From a virus (Duplodnaviria; Caudoviricetes), in the IMG/VR virus record IMGVR_UViG_2547132424_000002: a DNA stretch of 64,000 nucleotides, one strand, 5' to 3'. Below are positions 54,395-64,000 of the stretch, piece by piece. The position numbers were made by a program, and so were the translations under genes. The notes beneath the pieces are model-generated. The model was not told the DNA's origin. It ran no database searches and saw only the letters and a list, made by a program, of their open reading frames with translations. Every line of letters begins with the position of its first letter. Position 1 is the first letter of the stretch.

Positions 54395-54742
54395 ATGTCT
54401 ACGACACCGCGTGCACGCACCAGCGCGCCGAAGGAAGCCAGCGCACCGAAGGTCGGCCGCTACTACGAGCTGAAGGAAGAAGTCGCGCCGATCCCGGACT
54501 ACGTGCTCACCGAGAAAATCCGGATCAAGGAACCGACCCGCGAGCAGATGCAGGCCTTCTGGAAGGCGCCTGCCGGCGAGGAATCCGACCGGGTGCTGCT
54601 CGGCGACGCTGCCGACGCCGTCTTCGCGCTCTACGCCAAGCTGCCGCAGCGGCAGTACAACGCGATGACCCGCGATATTTGGAATCACTTCTTCCCGGGC
54701 ACCGGCGGCGACGAGGGAAAATCCGAAGAGTCTTCGAACTAG
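54395..54742 (+). CDS. Tail assembly chaperone (short form)
   Basis: Position; slippery GGGAAAA at 54715-21. Confidence 0.9.
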   Translation: MSTTPRARTSAPKEASAPKVGRYYELKEEVAPIPDYVLTEKIRIKEPTREQMQAFWKAPAGEESDRVLLGDAADAVFALYAKLPQRQYNAMTRDIWNHFFPGTGGDEGKSEESSN

Positions 54743-55167
54743 TCGAAGACTATTGGGACGCAATAGAAATCGACCTCGGCAACGGTCCGCACTGGGATGC
54801 CCTGGACTGGATCGCCGGAAAACGCAGCTGGCCGCAGCTGCTCCGGTGGGCCGATCACTTCGCGCAGGTCCCCGGTAGCGCGTTCAATTCCGCGTTGCTG
54901 CTGAATCCGGACTTGGTCGCCGAGCGCAAGAAGGCGCCGAAGGCGAAGAATCCGCCGCTGCTCGGCTGGACGTCGCAGATGAGTCTGCTCGCCGATATCG
55001 CCGATCTGATCTACAAGCAGCTCACCCGCGACGGCGCCGCGCGTCTTGCGCGGCCTCTCACCGCCGTCGACTTCGTCGATCTGGCGAAACGCCAGGCGGC
55101 CATGAATCGCGTTGTCGCGCAGTTCAGTCCGCGCCACGTCCACCTCACACCGCAACTGGATCCGTGA
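54395..55167 (+). CDS. Tail assembly chaperone (long form, programmed -1 frameshift)
   Basis: G GGA AAA in frame at 54715-21; the -1 frame continues IRRVFELVEDYW to TGA 55167. Confidence 0.88.
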
Positions 55168-55182
55168 CGGAAGGAGGGTCGA

Positions 55183-58100
55183 ATGCCCACATATGACGCC
55201 GGTACCGCCGCGATCCGGGTTCGGCCCTCCTTCAAGGATTTCGTCAACCAGGCAAAGGCCGAGCTCAAGGCCATGGGGCTCGAGGCATCCGTACGCCTCG
55301 ACGCCGACACCGCCGCCGCGCAACTCGAAGTCCAAGGGTTCCGTGCCGAGGCCGAACGGCAGGTCAACGTCACTGTCGACGCAGACGTGGCCGCGGCCGA
55401 AACAGCGGTCGACGGGTTCAAGGCCGAGGCCGGACGCACTGTCGAGGTCAAGGTGGACGCCGATGTCGCCTCGGCGGAGGCAGCAGTCGACGAGTTCAAG
55501 GCCGAGGCCGAACGCACCGTGGACGTCAAGGTGGACGCCGACACCGCAGCGGCGGAGACCGAGACCGAGGCGTTCCGGCAGACACAGCAGAAGCGGCCGG
55601 TCAAGGTGCCGGTGAAGGGAGACCTGGATGCGTTTCAACGTGATCTGATTCGGCAGCTCGATCAGATCACAACCAATGCCCAGCTGAAGGTTCCGCTCAG
55701 CGCCGACGGAGAGAAACTGCGCCGCGATATCCAGCGGACCGCTGACGAGATCCGGCAGGCCCTCTCCAAACCGATCCCGGACGACGCGGGTATCGCGGCA
55801 AACCTGCGGCGCTCACTGCAACAGTCGGTCGTCGATTTCCGGACCGGGATCGAAAACGATCTCCGAGGCCTCGGATCATCTCTGGTGGCCATCGAGCCGA
55901 AAGCCGACACCACCAAGCTGAAGTCCGATCTGTCGTCGCTGAAGAGCAATCTCGGCGAGGCTGCCAGCCTCACGCTGAAGGTGACCGGCGTGATCGGCGC
56001 GGCCGGCGCGATCGCCGATCTGCTGGCCATCGCGGACGCCGCAGGCGTCGCCTCGCGCGCGGTCGGCCTCATCCCGGCGATCGGATTCGCGGGCCTGGCC
56101 GGAATCGGTTCAGCCGCAGTCGGTTTCAAGGGCATCCCGGACGTTTTCAAGGCACTCAAGCAGCAATCCGATGGTGCGAGTGCGTCGGCGAAAAAGCAGC
56201 GCGACAGCACCTTCGACGTATCCGAAGCTCAGTATCGGCTCAAGCAGTCTCAGGACGCCGCCGCCGATTCGGCCCGGAATTCGCTGCGTAGTCAGCAGGA
56301 CCTGAACGAGGCCTACCGCGATGGGTCGCGCTCGCTGCGCGACATGAATGACCAGCTCGAAGACCAGAAATTGGCGACCCAGGACGCGTCGCTCGGGGTC
56401 GAGGAAGCCGCGAAGCGGCTCCAGGAGATCCAGAACGATCCGTCCGCGGACTCCATCACCCGCCGCCGCGCCCTGCTGACTTACCAGCAGAACGTGCAGC
56501 GGCTCAAGGAAGAGCGGAACCACACCCAGGACCTGGCGCAGGACACCGCCGAGGCCAACGCCGCGGGCGTGGAGGGCAGCAAGCAGGTCGTCGACGGCAA
56601 GGACAAGGTCACCGCCTCCGCGAAGGCGCAGGCCGCGGCGGAGCACGAAGTGGTGGCGGCCGCGGAGCAGTTGCGTCGCGCCCAGGAAGAAGCCACCTCG
56701 GCCAGCGGCGGTGGTAACAAGCTCAACGACGCGCTCGCGAAGCTGTCGCCGAACGCGAAAGACCTGGTCGCGGACATTCGTTCGATCGGTCCGGCGTGGA
56801 CCGATGTGAGGAAGTCGGGCCAGGATGCGATCACCGGGCACCTCGGCCCGGACATCCAGTATCTGGCCGATCAGCAGCTGCCCAACGCCAAGGCCGGGAT
56901 CGTCGGGATCAATACCGCCATCAACTCTGGGCTGCGTGGGGTTCTGGCGTCGCTGTCGTCGGAGACCAACAAGCTCGATTTCCGCAAGACGCTGGACAAC
57001 ACCACGGAGGGGTTCGCGAACGCCGCCCGCGGTGCCAAGCCTTTCACGGACGGCCTGACCAAGCTGGTCACCGTCGGTTCGGACTTCCTGCCGCAGATGG
57101 GCCTGTCCGTCGAGCAGATGTCGATCAAATTCGACAACCTCATCCAGCGCACCGCCGCGGACGGCTCGCTGAAGCGGTGGATCCAGTCCGGCATCGACTC
57201 CGGGCGCGAACTGCTGAGGATCACCGAGCACATCGGCTCGTCCATCGCTTCCATCTTCCGTGCCGCCGGTGGTGACGGGGAGACGCTGCGGTCGATCGAC
57301 GAGATGACCGGGCACCTGGCGGCATTCCTGAAATCCGCTGAGGGCCAATCGGATATGCGTCGTCTGTTCGAGGGGATGCGCGCCGAGGCGGCCAAGCTCG
57401 AGCCGATCCTGCGGGACGTCCCGGAACTGTTGGGCGCCGTGTCCTCGGGATTCAGGACCTGGGGCGATATCGCGCTGCCGATCCTGCACGGAATTGCTGA
57501 CCTGCTGGCCGCGCACCCGGGCCTGGTCCAGGCCGCGATCCTCGCCTACGTCGGGTTCAAAACCATCAAGCCGATCATCGACGGCGCATCGACCGCTGTC
57601 GATGCGCTCGCGAGGTCGGCCGGCGACGCGGCGGGTGAAGCCAAGGGCGTCGGCAAGTTGAAGATCGCCGCCAGCGGTCTGGTCGGTTTGCTCGGCAGCC
57701 CGTGGACGATCGCCTTCACCGCCGCGGGCGCGGTGTTCGCTGGGTTCGTCTCCGAGACCGGCAAGGGCAACGATGCCCTCGCCAGGTTCAAGAGCCAGGC
57801 CGAAGGCGCACTGGCCGCGGACCGTGACCTGCAGAAGGCTCTCGGTGCCTCGCACGGAGCGACCGACGAAGGTGTGCTGACGGCGGAGACGAACAGCGTC
57901 AAGCAGCTGCGCGACGCCTGGGCCGCCAACGCCCGGGACATACCGACCTGGCGAGACAAACTGAAGCTCGCCCCCGCGGTCTATGCCGCCCCGTTCGTCG
58001 GCACCGGCGTCTTCGACACCGAGAACACCCGAGAGGACACCGACCGCGCCAGCCAGGCGGCGCAGCGCGCCCTCGACTCGGTCGGTCTCGCCAATGATCA

Positions 58101-60780
58101 ACTCGCACAGAAGATCACGGGATCGAAGCCCGACTTCGATGCTCTGATCGACCGGCTCAGCGGCATGGGCGACGGCGGCCGCGAGGCCGCCCACCAGCTG
58201 ACTGTCCTGCGCGACGAATGGTCACTGGACGCCAGCGCGGTCTCGCCGGTGACCAAGGCGATCGCCGACCTCGGCGACAAGAACAAGGACGCCGCGGGCA
58301 GCATCGACGCGGCGACCCAGGCATTGGAACGGCAGCGCAAGAGCGGCCTGACGCTCGAGGACGCCCAGGTCAAGGTCAACGAGGCACTGGCCGGTTTCGC
58401 GGCCAACTCCGACGCCGCCAGCGGCGCCGTGATCCGCGCCGACGGCAGCATCGACTCCACCACCGCCAAGGGCCGCGAACTCTACGCACTGCTGAACAAC
58501 CAGCTCGGCCCGGCGTGGGAGCAAGTCACCACCGCGGCCTACCGGGACGCGATCCAGCACGGGAAGACCGCCGACGAAGCGAAGGCCGCCGCGCAGCAGA
58601 TGTCCACCGACATCCGCGACTCGGCGCTCAAGCAGATCGAATCCATGGGCTACACCCAGCAGCAAGCCGAAACGCTTCTGCAGCACTACATCCCGCTGTC
58701 GGGGAACTTCAACGCCGTCTTCACCGCGGATACCAGCCAGGCCACCACAGCGATCGGGCAGTACGAGACCTTCCTGAAGGGGGTCATCGACAAGCAGGGC
58801 CAGCTGCCGGTATGGATGCAGCTGCAGACCCTCGGCATCACCGGCACCCAGCACACCCCCGGACTGTCGGTTCAGGGCAATCCGAACGCCGCACCGCCAC
58901 CGTCCTGGTACCAGTACCTCGAGACCGGGCCCGGCCACGCTGCGGGCGGCCGGCTGCCCAGTCGGGGACCCGGGACCGAACGCCGTGACGGCATCCTCGC
59001 GGTCGACGCCGCCGGCATGCCGCGCGCGCGGGTCGACGGCGGCGAGTGGGTCGTCAATTCCGACAGCTCGACGAAATACGACCGGGAACTGCGGCATATC
59101 AATGCGGGCACCTTCCCCAAGCTGCCCGGCTACACCGATGGCGGTGTCATCGGCCAAGATCCAGCGCAGCAGCAGCCTGCCCAGCAGCAGCCCGACAAGA
59201 GTGCCGCCGCGGCCGCCCTGGACCAGTTCGCGCAGTCCCGGGCCGGACAGCCCTACGGCGGTTTCGAGGACTGCTCCGGCTACATCAGCGAGCTGGCGAA
59301 CATCGCGATCGGCCTGCCGCCCGGCGCCGGGCGCATGGGCACCTCGACCGAAGGACCGTGGCTCGGTGCGCACGGATTCCAGTCCGGTGCAGGCGGTTAC
59401 GGCGACTTCCGGGTCGGGTGGATCAACGATCCGTCGATGCCCGAAGGCGGCCACACCGCGGGCACCCTGCCGTCCGGAGTCAACGTGGAGTCGGGCGGGG
59501 CCACCAACACGGTGATGTACGGCGGGGCCGCGATCGGCGCGAACTCGCCGATGTTCACCGACCACATGTACCTGCCGATGATCTCCGGCGGCGCGCAAAC
59601 CAGCGGCGTCGGCGGCCTGGCCACCGGCACAGACGCGAACACCCAGCAGGTGCTGTATCCGCAAGCGCCCCTGCCGAACCGGGTGCCGTCCAAGCAGCTG
59701 CAGAAGCAGCAGAACCAGGCCGCGGTCGACGCTGCCAACAGCGAGCGCAACCGCGTCTACGCCGACCCGAAGTCAACCCCGCAGGACAAACAGGCCGCGG
59801 ACTACAAATACCTCCAGGCGCAGAACACGCTGTCGGAGGGCAACCAGGGCGACGACCAGGATCTGCTGTCGCTGCAGGGAATCTTCACGCGCGCGGCGCC
59901 GATCCTCGCGACCGGTCTGCTGTCGGCGTTCGGGCTCGAAAACTCTGTCCTGTCGTCGAACAATCCGTACAACCGGGCCCTGAACGGCGTCGTCAACTAC
60001 TACGGCATCCCGGGCCTCGACGGCACCGGCGCAGGCGGCGGGTACGCGTATGCGCCGAAGAACCTCCCCAGCCTGGTCACCACGTTCACCCCGCAGGTCC
60101 CGGCCGGCCAGACCGGGGCGGATGCCCAGCCCGGATCCAGCGCAGCGACCGGTGTCGCCGGTGGCGTGGTCGACACCGTGAAACAGGTTGTACGCGACCA
60201 GGGTTGGGATACCGGCCCGGAGTGGAACGCGCTCGACCAGCTGGTGTCGCACGAGTCATCGTGGAATCCGAATGCCCAGAACCCCGCCTCGACCGCGTAC
60301 GGGCTGTTCCAGTTCCTGGACCAGACCTGGGCGACCGTCGGCGGCAGCAAAACCTCGGACCCGGCACTACAGGCCACCTACGGCGAACGCTACATCCAGC
60401 AGCGTTACGGCGACCCGGCCTCGGCATGGGCGTTCTGGCAGAACCAGAGCCCGCATTGGTACGACGACGGCGGCATCGCCAACGGGGTCGGATTCCTCGC
60501 GAAAAATGTCCTGCAGCCGGAGCGGGTGCTCAGCCCGCGCCAGACCGCGACCTTCGATTCGGCCCTGCCGCTGCTGGAGTCGATCAACGCGGCTGCTTGG
60601 TCGACAGACCGCATCCAACCGCACGCATTCGGGCAAGCCTCAGCTGGCGCGCCTAGCGGCGGTTACACGTTTTCGCCGGTCGTGAACGCGCGGGTCGCCG
60701 ATGTAGGTGACCTGGTGGACCGGGTCGCGCGCGAGGGCGACAAGCACGCGATCGGGCGGATGGCGGCGTTGCCGGTATGA
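55183..60780 (+). CDS. Tape measure protein with C-terminal peptidoglycan-hydrolase domains
   Basis: 1865 aa A/G-rich helical protein; DCSG..H (NlpC/P60-like) and ESSWNP.A.N..S.AYGLFQF (lytic transglycosylase-like). Confidence 0.96.
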   Translation: MPTYDAGTAAIRVRPSFKDFVNQAKAELKAMGLEASVRLDADTAAAQLEVQGFRAEAERQVNVTVDADVAAAETAVDGFKAEAGRTVEVKVDADVASAEAAVDEFKAEAERTVDVKVDADTAAAETETEAFRQTQQKRPVKVPVKGDLDAFQRDLIRQLDQITTNAQLKVPLSADGEKLRRDIQRTADEIRQALSKPIPDDAGIAANLRRSLQQSVVDFRTGIENDLRGLGSSLVAIEPKADTTKLKSDLSSLKSNLGEAASLTLKVTGVIGAAGAIADLLAIADAAGVASRAVGLIPAIGFAGLAGIGSAAVGFKGIPDVFKALKQQSDGASASAKKQRDSTFDVSEAQYRLKQSQDAAADSARNSLRSQQDLNEAYRDGSRSLRDMNDQLEDQKLATQDASLGVEEAAKRLQEIQNDPSADSITRRRALLTYQQNVQRLKEERNHTQDLAQDTAEANAAGVEGSKQVVDGKDKVTASAKAQAAAEHEVVAAAEQLRRAQEEATSASGGGNKLNDALAKLSPNAKDLVADIRSIGPAWTDVRKSGQDAITGHLGPDIQYLADQQLPNAKAGIVGINTAINSGLRGVLASLSSETNKLDFRKTLDNTTEGFANAARGAKPFTDGLTKLVTVGSDFLPQMGLSVEQMSIKFDNLIQRTAADGSLKRWIQSGIDSGRELLRITEHIGSSIASIFRAAGGDGETLRSIDEMTGHLAAFLKSAEGQSDMRRLFEGMRAEAAKLEPILRDVPELLGAVSSGFRTWGDIALPILHGIADLLAAHPGLVQAAILAYVGFKTIKPIIDGASTAVDALARSAGDAAGEAKGVGKLKIAASGLVGLLGSPWTIAFTAAGAVFAGFVSETGKGNDALARFKSQAEGALAADRDLQKALGASHGATDEGVLTAETNSVKQLRDAWAANARDIPTWRDKLKLAPAVYAAPFVGTGVFDTENTREDTDRASQAAQRALDSVGLANDQLAQKITGSKPDFDALIDRLSGMGDGGREAAHQLTVLRDEWSLDASAVSPVTKAIADLGDKNKDAAGSIDAATQALERQRKSGLTLEDAQVKVNEALAGFAANSDAASGAVIRADGSIDSTTAKGRELYALLNNQLGPAWEQVTTAAYRDAIQHGKTADEAKAAAQQMSTDIRDSALKQIESMGYTQQQAETLLQHYIPLSGNFNAVFTADTSQATTAIGQYETFLKGVIDKQGQLPVWMQLQTLGITGTQHTPGLSVQGNPNAAPPPSWYQYLETGPGHAAGGRLPSRGPGTERRDGILAVDAAGMPRARVDGGEWVVNSDSSTKYDRELRHINAGTFPKLPGYTDGGVIGQDPAQQQPAQQQPDKSAAAAALDQFAQSRAGQPYGGFEDCSGYISELANIAIGLPPGAGRMGTSTEGPWLGAHGFQSGAGGYGDFRVGWINDPSMPEGGHTAGTLPSGVNVESGGATNTVMYGGAAIGANSPMFTDHMYLPMISGGAQTSGVGGLATGTDANTQQVLYPQAPLPNRVPSKQLQKQQNQAAVDAANSERNRVYADPKSTPQDKQAADYKYLQAQNTLSEGNQGDDQDLLSLQGIFTRAAPILATGLLSAFGLENSVLSSNNPYNRALNGVVNYYGIPGLDGTGAGGGYAYAPKNLPSLVTTFTPQVPAGQTGADAQPGSSAATGVAGGVVDTVKQVVRDQGWDTGPEWNALDQLVSHESSWNPNAQNPASTAYGLFQFLDQTWATVGGSKTSDPALQATYGERYIQQRYGDPASAWAFWQNQSPHWYDDGGIANGVGFLAKNVLQPERVLSPRQTATFDSALPLLESINAAAWSTDRIQPHAFGQASAGAPSGGYTFSPVVNARVADVGDLVDRVAREGDKHAIGRMAALPV
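55291..55600 (+). repeat. About four 78-nt (26-aa) repeats in the tape measure N-terminus
   Basis: V.VDAD.A.A...V..F.AEA.R.V repeated. Confidence 0.8.
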
Positions 60781-61700
60781 GAGGCGTTGACTTCATGCAA
60801 CTGACCCTGATCGGGTGCACCGGCCGCCGGTGGACGATCTCCGGGCCCGGTCAGGGCATGGGTGGTGTCGAGCTCATGCCCAAGCCGAAAGCCTTCTACG
60901 ACTCCCCAGCGGTCACCTACTGGATCAAATCGGGTGGCGCGAAGCAGAAGTACCAGGGGTACTCGTTCAAGCGGCGCGATCCGCTGTTCGGGCTGGTCAT
61001 CTCCGGCGACGACCCGGAAGATGATCTGTACATCGCCGACCAGGTCCGGACCGACCTGGGCATGTACGACGAGACGTTCTGGCTCGAGGCCAAGACCCGC
61101 TACGGCGTGCGCCGTCTCGAGATGCGTCTGCTGGAGGACCCGAAGGCGTTCGAGTCCGGGGACTGGGAGGGGAAGACCCCGGGAATGATGCAGGCCAACA
61201 CCATCATGGTGTCGGCCGCGTGCGAGCAACCCCACTGGGCCGCCGACCCGGTCACCTCCGACTGGGAGGTCACCGCCGGCGGGAACGCGACCAACCCGGA
61301 GTTCGAGCACCCCGGCAATCCCGGTGATGTCGCGATCTTCCCGCGCTGGACGCTCAACGCTCCAGCCGATGAGTGGGAGATCCCGGATCCGTCGTTCGGG
61401 CAGGAGCTCGACTTCCAGCGCCAGCCCGGCGAGGACGCGAACCTCACCTACAAGGTCGTGCAGCTGCTGGCCGGTGAGGACGTCGAGCTCAACACCAACC
61501 CGGACGAGCCGTTCATGCTCACCGTCTCGGGCGGGTTCGGGCCCTGGATGCGTTCGAGCGGAAGGGAACTCATCTACCCGGTGAAGGCCCGCACCGAACC
61601 GTTCGAGACCACGGTGTCGGTGACCGGCGCGGTCGCCGGGGCCACGGCCACGCTCGAGCTGGACCGCTGGTACTCGCGGCCGTTCGGGGCGACGCTGTGA
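60777..61700 (+). CDS. Minor tail protein (distal tail-like)
   Basis: Follows tape measure; L.L.G..GR.W.I.G..G..GVEL pattern. Confidence 0.85.
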   Translation: MRGVDFMQLTLIGCTGRRWTISGPGQGMGGVELMPKPKAFYDSPAVTYWIKSGGAKQKYQGYSFKRRDPLFGLVISGDDPEDDLYIADQVRTDLGMYDETFWLEAKTRYGVRRLEMRLLEDPKAFESGDWEGKTPGMMQANTIMVSAACEQPHWAADPVTSDWEVTAGGNATNPEFEHPGNPGDVAIFPRWTLNAPADEWEIPDPSFGQELDFQRQPGEDANLTYKVVQLLAGEDVELNTNPDEPFMLTVSGGFGPWMRSSGRELIYPVKARTEPFETTVSVTGAVAGATATLELDRWYSRPFGATL

Positions 61701-63409
61701 CCACCGCGACGCTGCCGTCCCACGCCGATATCGCCGCGGGCGCGCAATTGCGGCGCGACGCGCTGAATGCGATGCGTCGCGCACGACCTCTCCCCCGGCT
61801 CTGGACCAACAAAAAGGACGGCTCACCAGGACTCGAATTGATGGGTTCGGCAGAGGATTCCATCACCGGCGCGTTCCCGTTCAAACGGAACCAGTTCGGC
61901 ACCTCCGGAACCCTCACGATCCGACTGGATCACTATCTCGCCAAATGGCTCATCTCCATCCCGGATGATCCCGAAGCGAAAAAAAACGTCGTCATCACCG
62001 TCGACCACTACGGCGGAAAAGTACGCTGGTCAGGGCTACTGAAGTACTTCAAGGCGGTCAAGAAGAACGGCCTGTGGTATTTGGAAGTCACGTTTATTGA
62101 CGACCTGCAGTACCTGCAGTTCCTGTTGGGTGCACCCAATCCTGTTCTCCCAATTTCAATCTTCCAATTTCCGCGCGTACTACCCATTTTCGGGCCCGCG
62201 AAATGGGCAATTTCCATGATGATCCTGCTGAATCTCATCAGGATCGAGGGAAATCTCTGGAATTTGCCAGATGATCCATTTGCGGTGGGGTCGTGGAATG
62301 GATTATTCGATTGGTCGTCGTGGCAGGTTCTGATCAAGGCCAAGGCGATCGACCTCGACGACTCCAGCGTGTGGACGCTGCTCGCGACCCGCATGAACCG
62401 CATGGACCAGGTCATCCAGAACGCCTTGGACGACGCGCAGCTGACCATGCGGTACCGGCGCATCCTCACCGTCGACGGCGAGGTCTCCGATGTGCCCGGC
62501 GTACCCGAGGTCGCCAACGGCGCGTTGGTCCTCGAGGTGGTCGACACCAGCGGCTACTACTCACCGGATGGTGTCGCGACCGGCGGCGGGATCGTCGGCG
62601 GATTCGCCCGCACCGTACAAGGTTTCGCGTCCGGCTTCGTCGAGGACGTGCAGACGATCGCCGGTGACGTCGAGTCCTGGCCTGCCAGCTACTACGACGA
62701 CGGCTACATCGGGCCCGGCGATCCGACACGAACGTGGATCGTCCTACGGGACAGCAAGTATTCGAACATCGAAACATCGGAGTGGACGTGGGGTCCGGCC
62801 ACCGCGGCGCGCGCGATAGCCGGCGGCGACAACCCGCTCATCGACAACCTCGCCCACCTCACGATCGAGTCGATCGGCGCGCTGATCGGATACTTCTGCC
62901 TCGGCGGATTCTCCGGCCTTGGCAGCATCGTCGCGGACGTGGTCATGCCGTTCCTCGTCGGGACCATTTTCGCGTGGGTCGAGTGGCAAAACCACACGCG
63001 CGCACACAATTTGGGCTGGGCACACCTGTGGGAAGTCCTCGCCCAGGGCGCGGAGAACAACGCCTGGTCCCTCGGCACCATCGTCGCGTTGCGCGGCGCG
63101 TTCCTGTCCACCGCCAGCCAGGCATCCCACGTCATGGAAATGGGCTCCGGCGGCAGGTTCCTGCCCGGCCTGATGTTCATGCCCGGCGACCGCGTCGGCT
63201 CCACATTCGAGCAGGCCACGGCCACGATCCGCGTGGACCTGTGCGAAGAGATCGACCTGTCGTGGGACTACGAGTCCGACCGGCCGCACGAGTACCGCGC
63301 GAAGATCGGCCTGGCGCAGGCCACCATGTCGCTCGCCGAGCGGCAAGCCCGCCAGATCTCCTTCGCACTATCGGTCATCGCGAACATCGGCGTCCACCTC
63401 CTGTCCTGA
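61697..63409 (+). CDS. Minor tail protein (baseplate hub-like)
   Basis: 570 aa; position; GDR.G C-terminal motif. Confidence 0.85.
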   Translation: MTTATLPSHADIAAGAQLRRDALNAMRRARPLPRLWTNKKDGSPGLELMGSAEDSITGAFPFKRNQFGTSGTLTIRLDHYLAKWLISIPDDPEAKKNVVITVDHYGGKVRWSGLLKYFKAVKKNGLWYLEVTFIDDLQYLQFLLGAPNPVLPISIFQFPRVLPIFGPAKWAISMMILLNLIRIEGNLWNLPDDPFAVGSWNGLFDWSSWQVLIKAKAIDLDDSSVWTLLATRMNRMDQVIQNALDDAQLTMRYRRILTVDGEVSDVPGVPEVANGALVLEVVDTSGYYSPDGVATGGGIVGGFARTVQGFASGFVEDVQTIAGDVESWPASYYDDGYIGPGDPTRTWIVLRDSKYSNIETSEWTWGPATAARAIAGGDNPLIDNLAHLTIESIGALIGYFCLGGFSGLGSIVADVVMPFLVGTIFAWVEWQNHTRAHNLGWAHLWEVLAQGAENNAWSLGTIVALRGAFLSTASQASHVMEMGSGGRFLPGLMFMPGDRVGSTFEQATATIRVDLCEEIDLSWDYESDRPHEYRAKIGLAQATMSLAERQARQISFALSVIANIGVHLLS

Positions 63410-63461
63410 TCCGCACCCCGGCCGCGATCCCGGGTGCTTCAACGAAAAGGCGGTCACCCCA

Positions 63462-63989
63462 ATGGATTCCAACGGTCTACTGCGTGCCGCACCGATCACG
63501 CAGGAGAACGCCGACCAGACCGACCCACGCCAGAAACACGCATGGGCACTGCGCGCGATGCCAGCGCCGAACAAACAGATGGGCGACGTGCCGCTGTATC
63601 CGTCGGTCAGCGGCGACTTCTCCGAGCGGCTCGAAGCGTTCGGGTACGTCCACGACCCGACCCGGCAGACGCTGTTCGTCATCGAGGGCGACCATCCCGA
63701 AGCGGGCTACCTGAACGTCCCGAAGCTGGTGGACCGCAAGGAATACGACGAATACCTCGCGGCCCGCGCCGATACGGACGCCGCCGCCGATACATGGCGG
63801 GCGACCGCGGAGGCCGCGCTGGAGAAGCTCGACCCGAAGCTGCTGAACCGCATCAACGCGATGACCGACGAGCAGAAGGCCGCCGAGCGGGAGCGGCAGA
63901 AGCAGCAACTCCCGGCCGCGTTCCAGCGGCTCGAGGAAATCGCCGGGAACGCCCAGAAAAAGACCAGCGAGGAGACCGACGGTGACTGA
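63462..63989 (+). CDS. Minor tail-associated protein (DUF2744/gp29-like)
   Basis: DPRQ...WAL..MP.......P......SE.L...G..H. Confidence 0.7.
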   Translation: MDSNGLLRAAPITQENADQTDPRQKHAWALRAMPAPNKQMGDVPLYPSVSGDFSERLEAFGYVHDPTRQTLFVIEGDHPEAGYLNVPKLVDRKEYDEYLAARADTDAAADTWRATAEAALEKLDPKLLNRINAMTDEQKAAERERQKQQLPAAFQRLEEIAGNAQKKTSEETDGD

Positions 63990-64000
63990 ACATCTCCTCC

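Larger units (their letters stand above)
1..64000 (+). mobile_element. Temperate siphovirus (probable prophage) of a mycolic-acid actinobacterium, partial
   Basis: Terminase, portal, capsid, tail chaperone frameshift and tape measure lie downstream of early genes and an HNH/cos-like junction, which is the permuted order of an integrated or circular genome. WhiB-like, PE-PPE and DUF2744-like genes point to a Mycobacteriales host. Confidence 0.93.

Noticed and set aside
61979-61986. A8 run as a programmed frameshift or phase-variation site
   Set aside because: The -1 frame closes after about 38 codons (TGA near 62100) and the gene is intact in frame 0
1-64000. Integrase, immunity repressor, att sites, lysin A/holin, rRNA
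   Set aside because: None recognisable in this window; presumably outside its ends

Overview
The whole 64 kb reads as part of one temperate siphovirus, most likely an integrated prophage of a high-GC mycolic-acid actinobacterium (Nocardia/Rhodococcus/Gordonia/Mycobacterium type; the host cannot be fixed from this window). Almost all genes are on the + strand and translationally coupled, in prophage order: excisionase-like HTH, recombination and replication genes (RecE-like exonuclease, SSAP, RNase H, Rep), about 15 kb of small mosaic accessory genes, an RNA-repair module, a two-gene moron, a probable late-control region, a glycosyltransferase/methyltransferase cluster, HNH, a candidate cos, terminase, head genes and tail genes, cut off at the window end. 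Integrase, repressor, att sites and the lysis cassette are not in the window. Main highlight: a Ro60/TROVE-RtcB-RlaP-type nucleotidyltransferase-metallophosphoesterase operon preceded by about 450 nt of non-coding DNA. That DNA holds one clear circularly permuted tRNA mimic (YrlA-type Y RNA), a second T-arm-bearing RNA and two further stem-loops sharing an ACTT motif. Other highlights: several long-helix, possibly pseudoknotted intergenic RNAs in the late leader (33.8-36.2 kb), a 4 GT + 2 MTase cluster, a toxin-antitoxin-like moron and an antisense lipoprotein inside the tail operon. All family assignments come from motif recognition by eye and all RNA pairings were made by hand; no database search or folding program was run.
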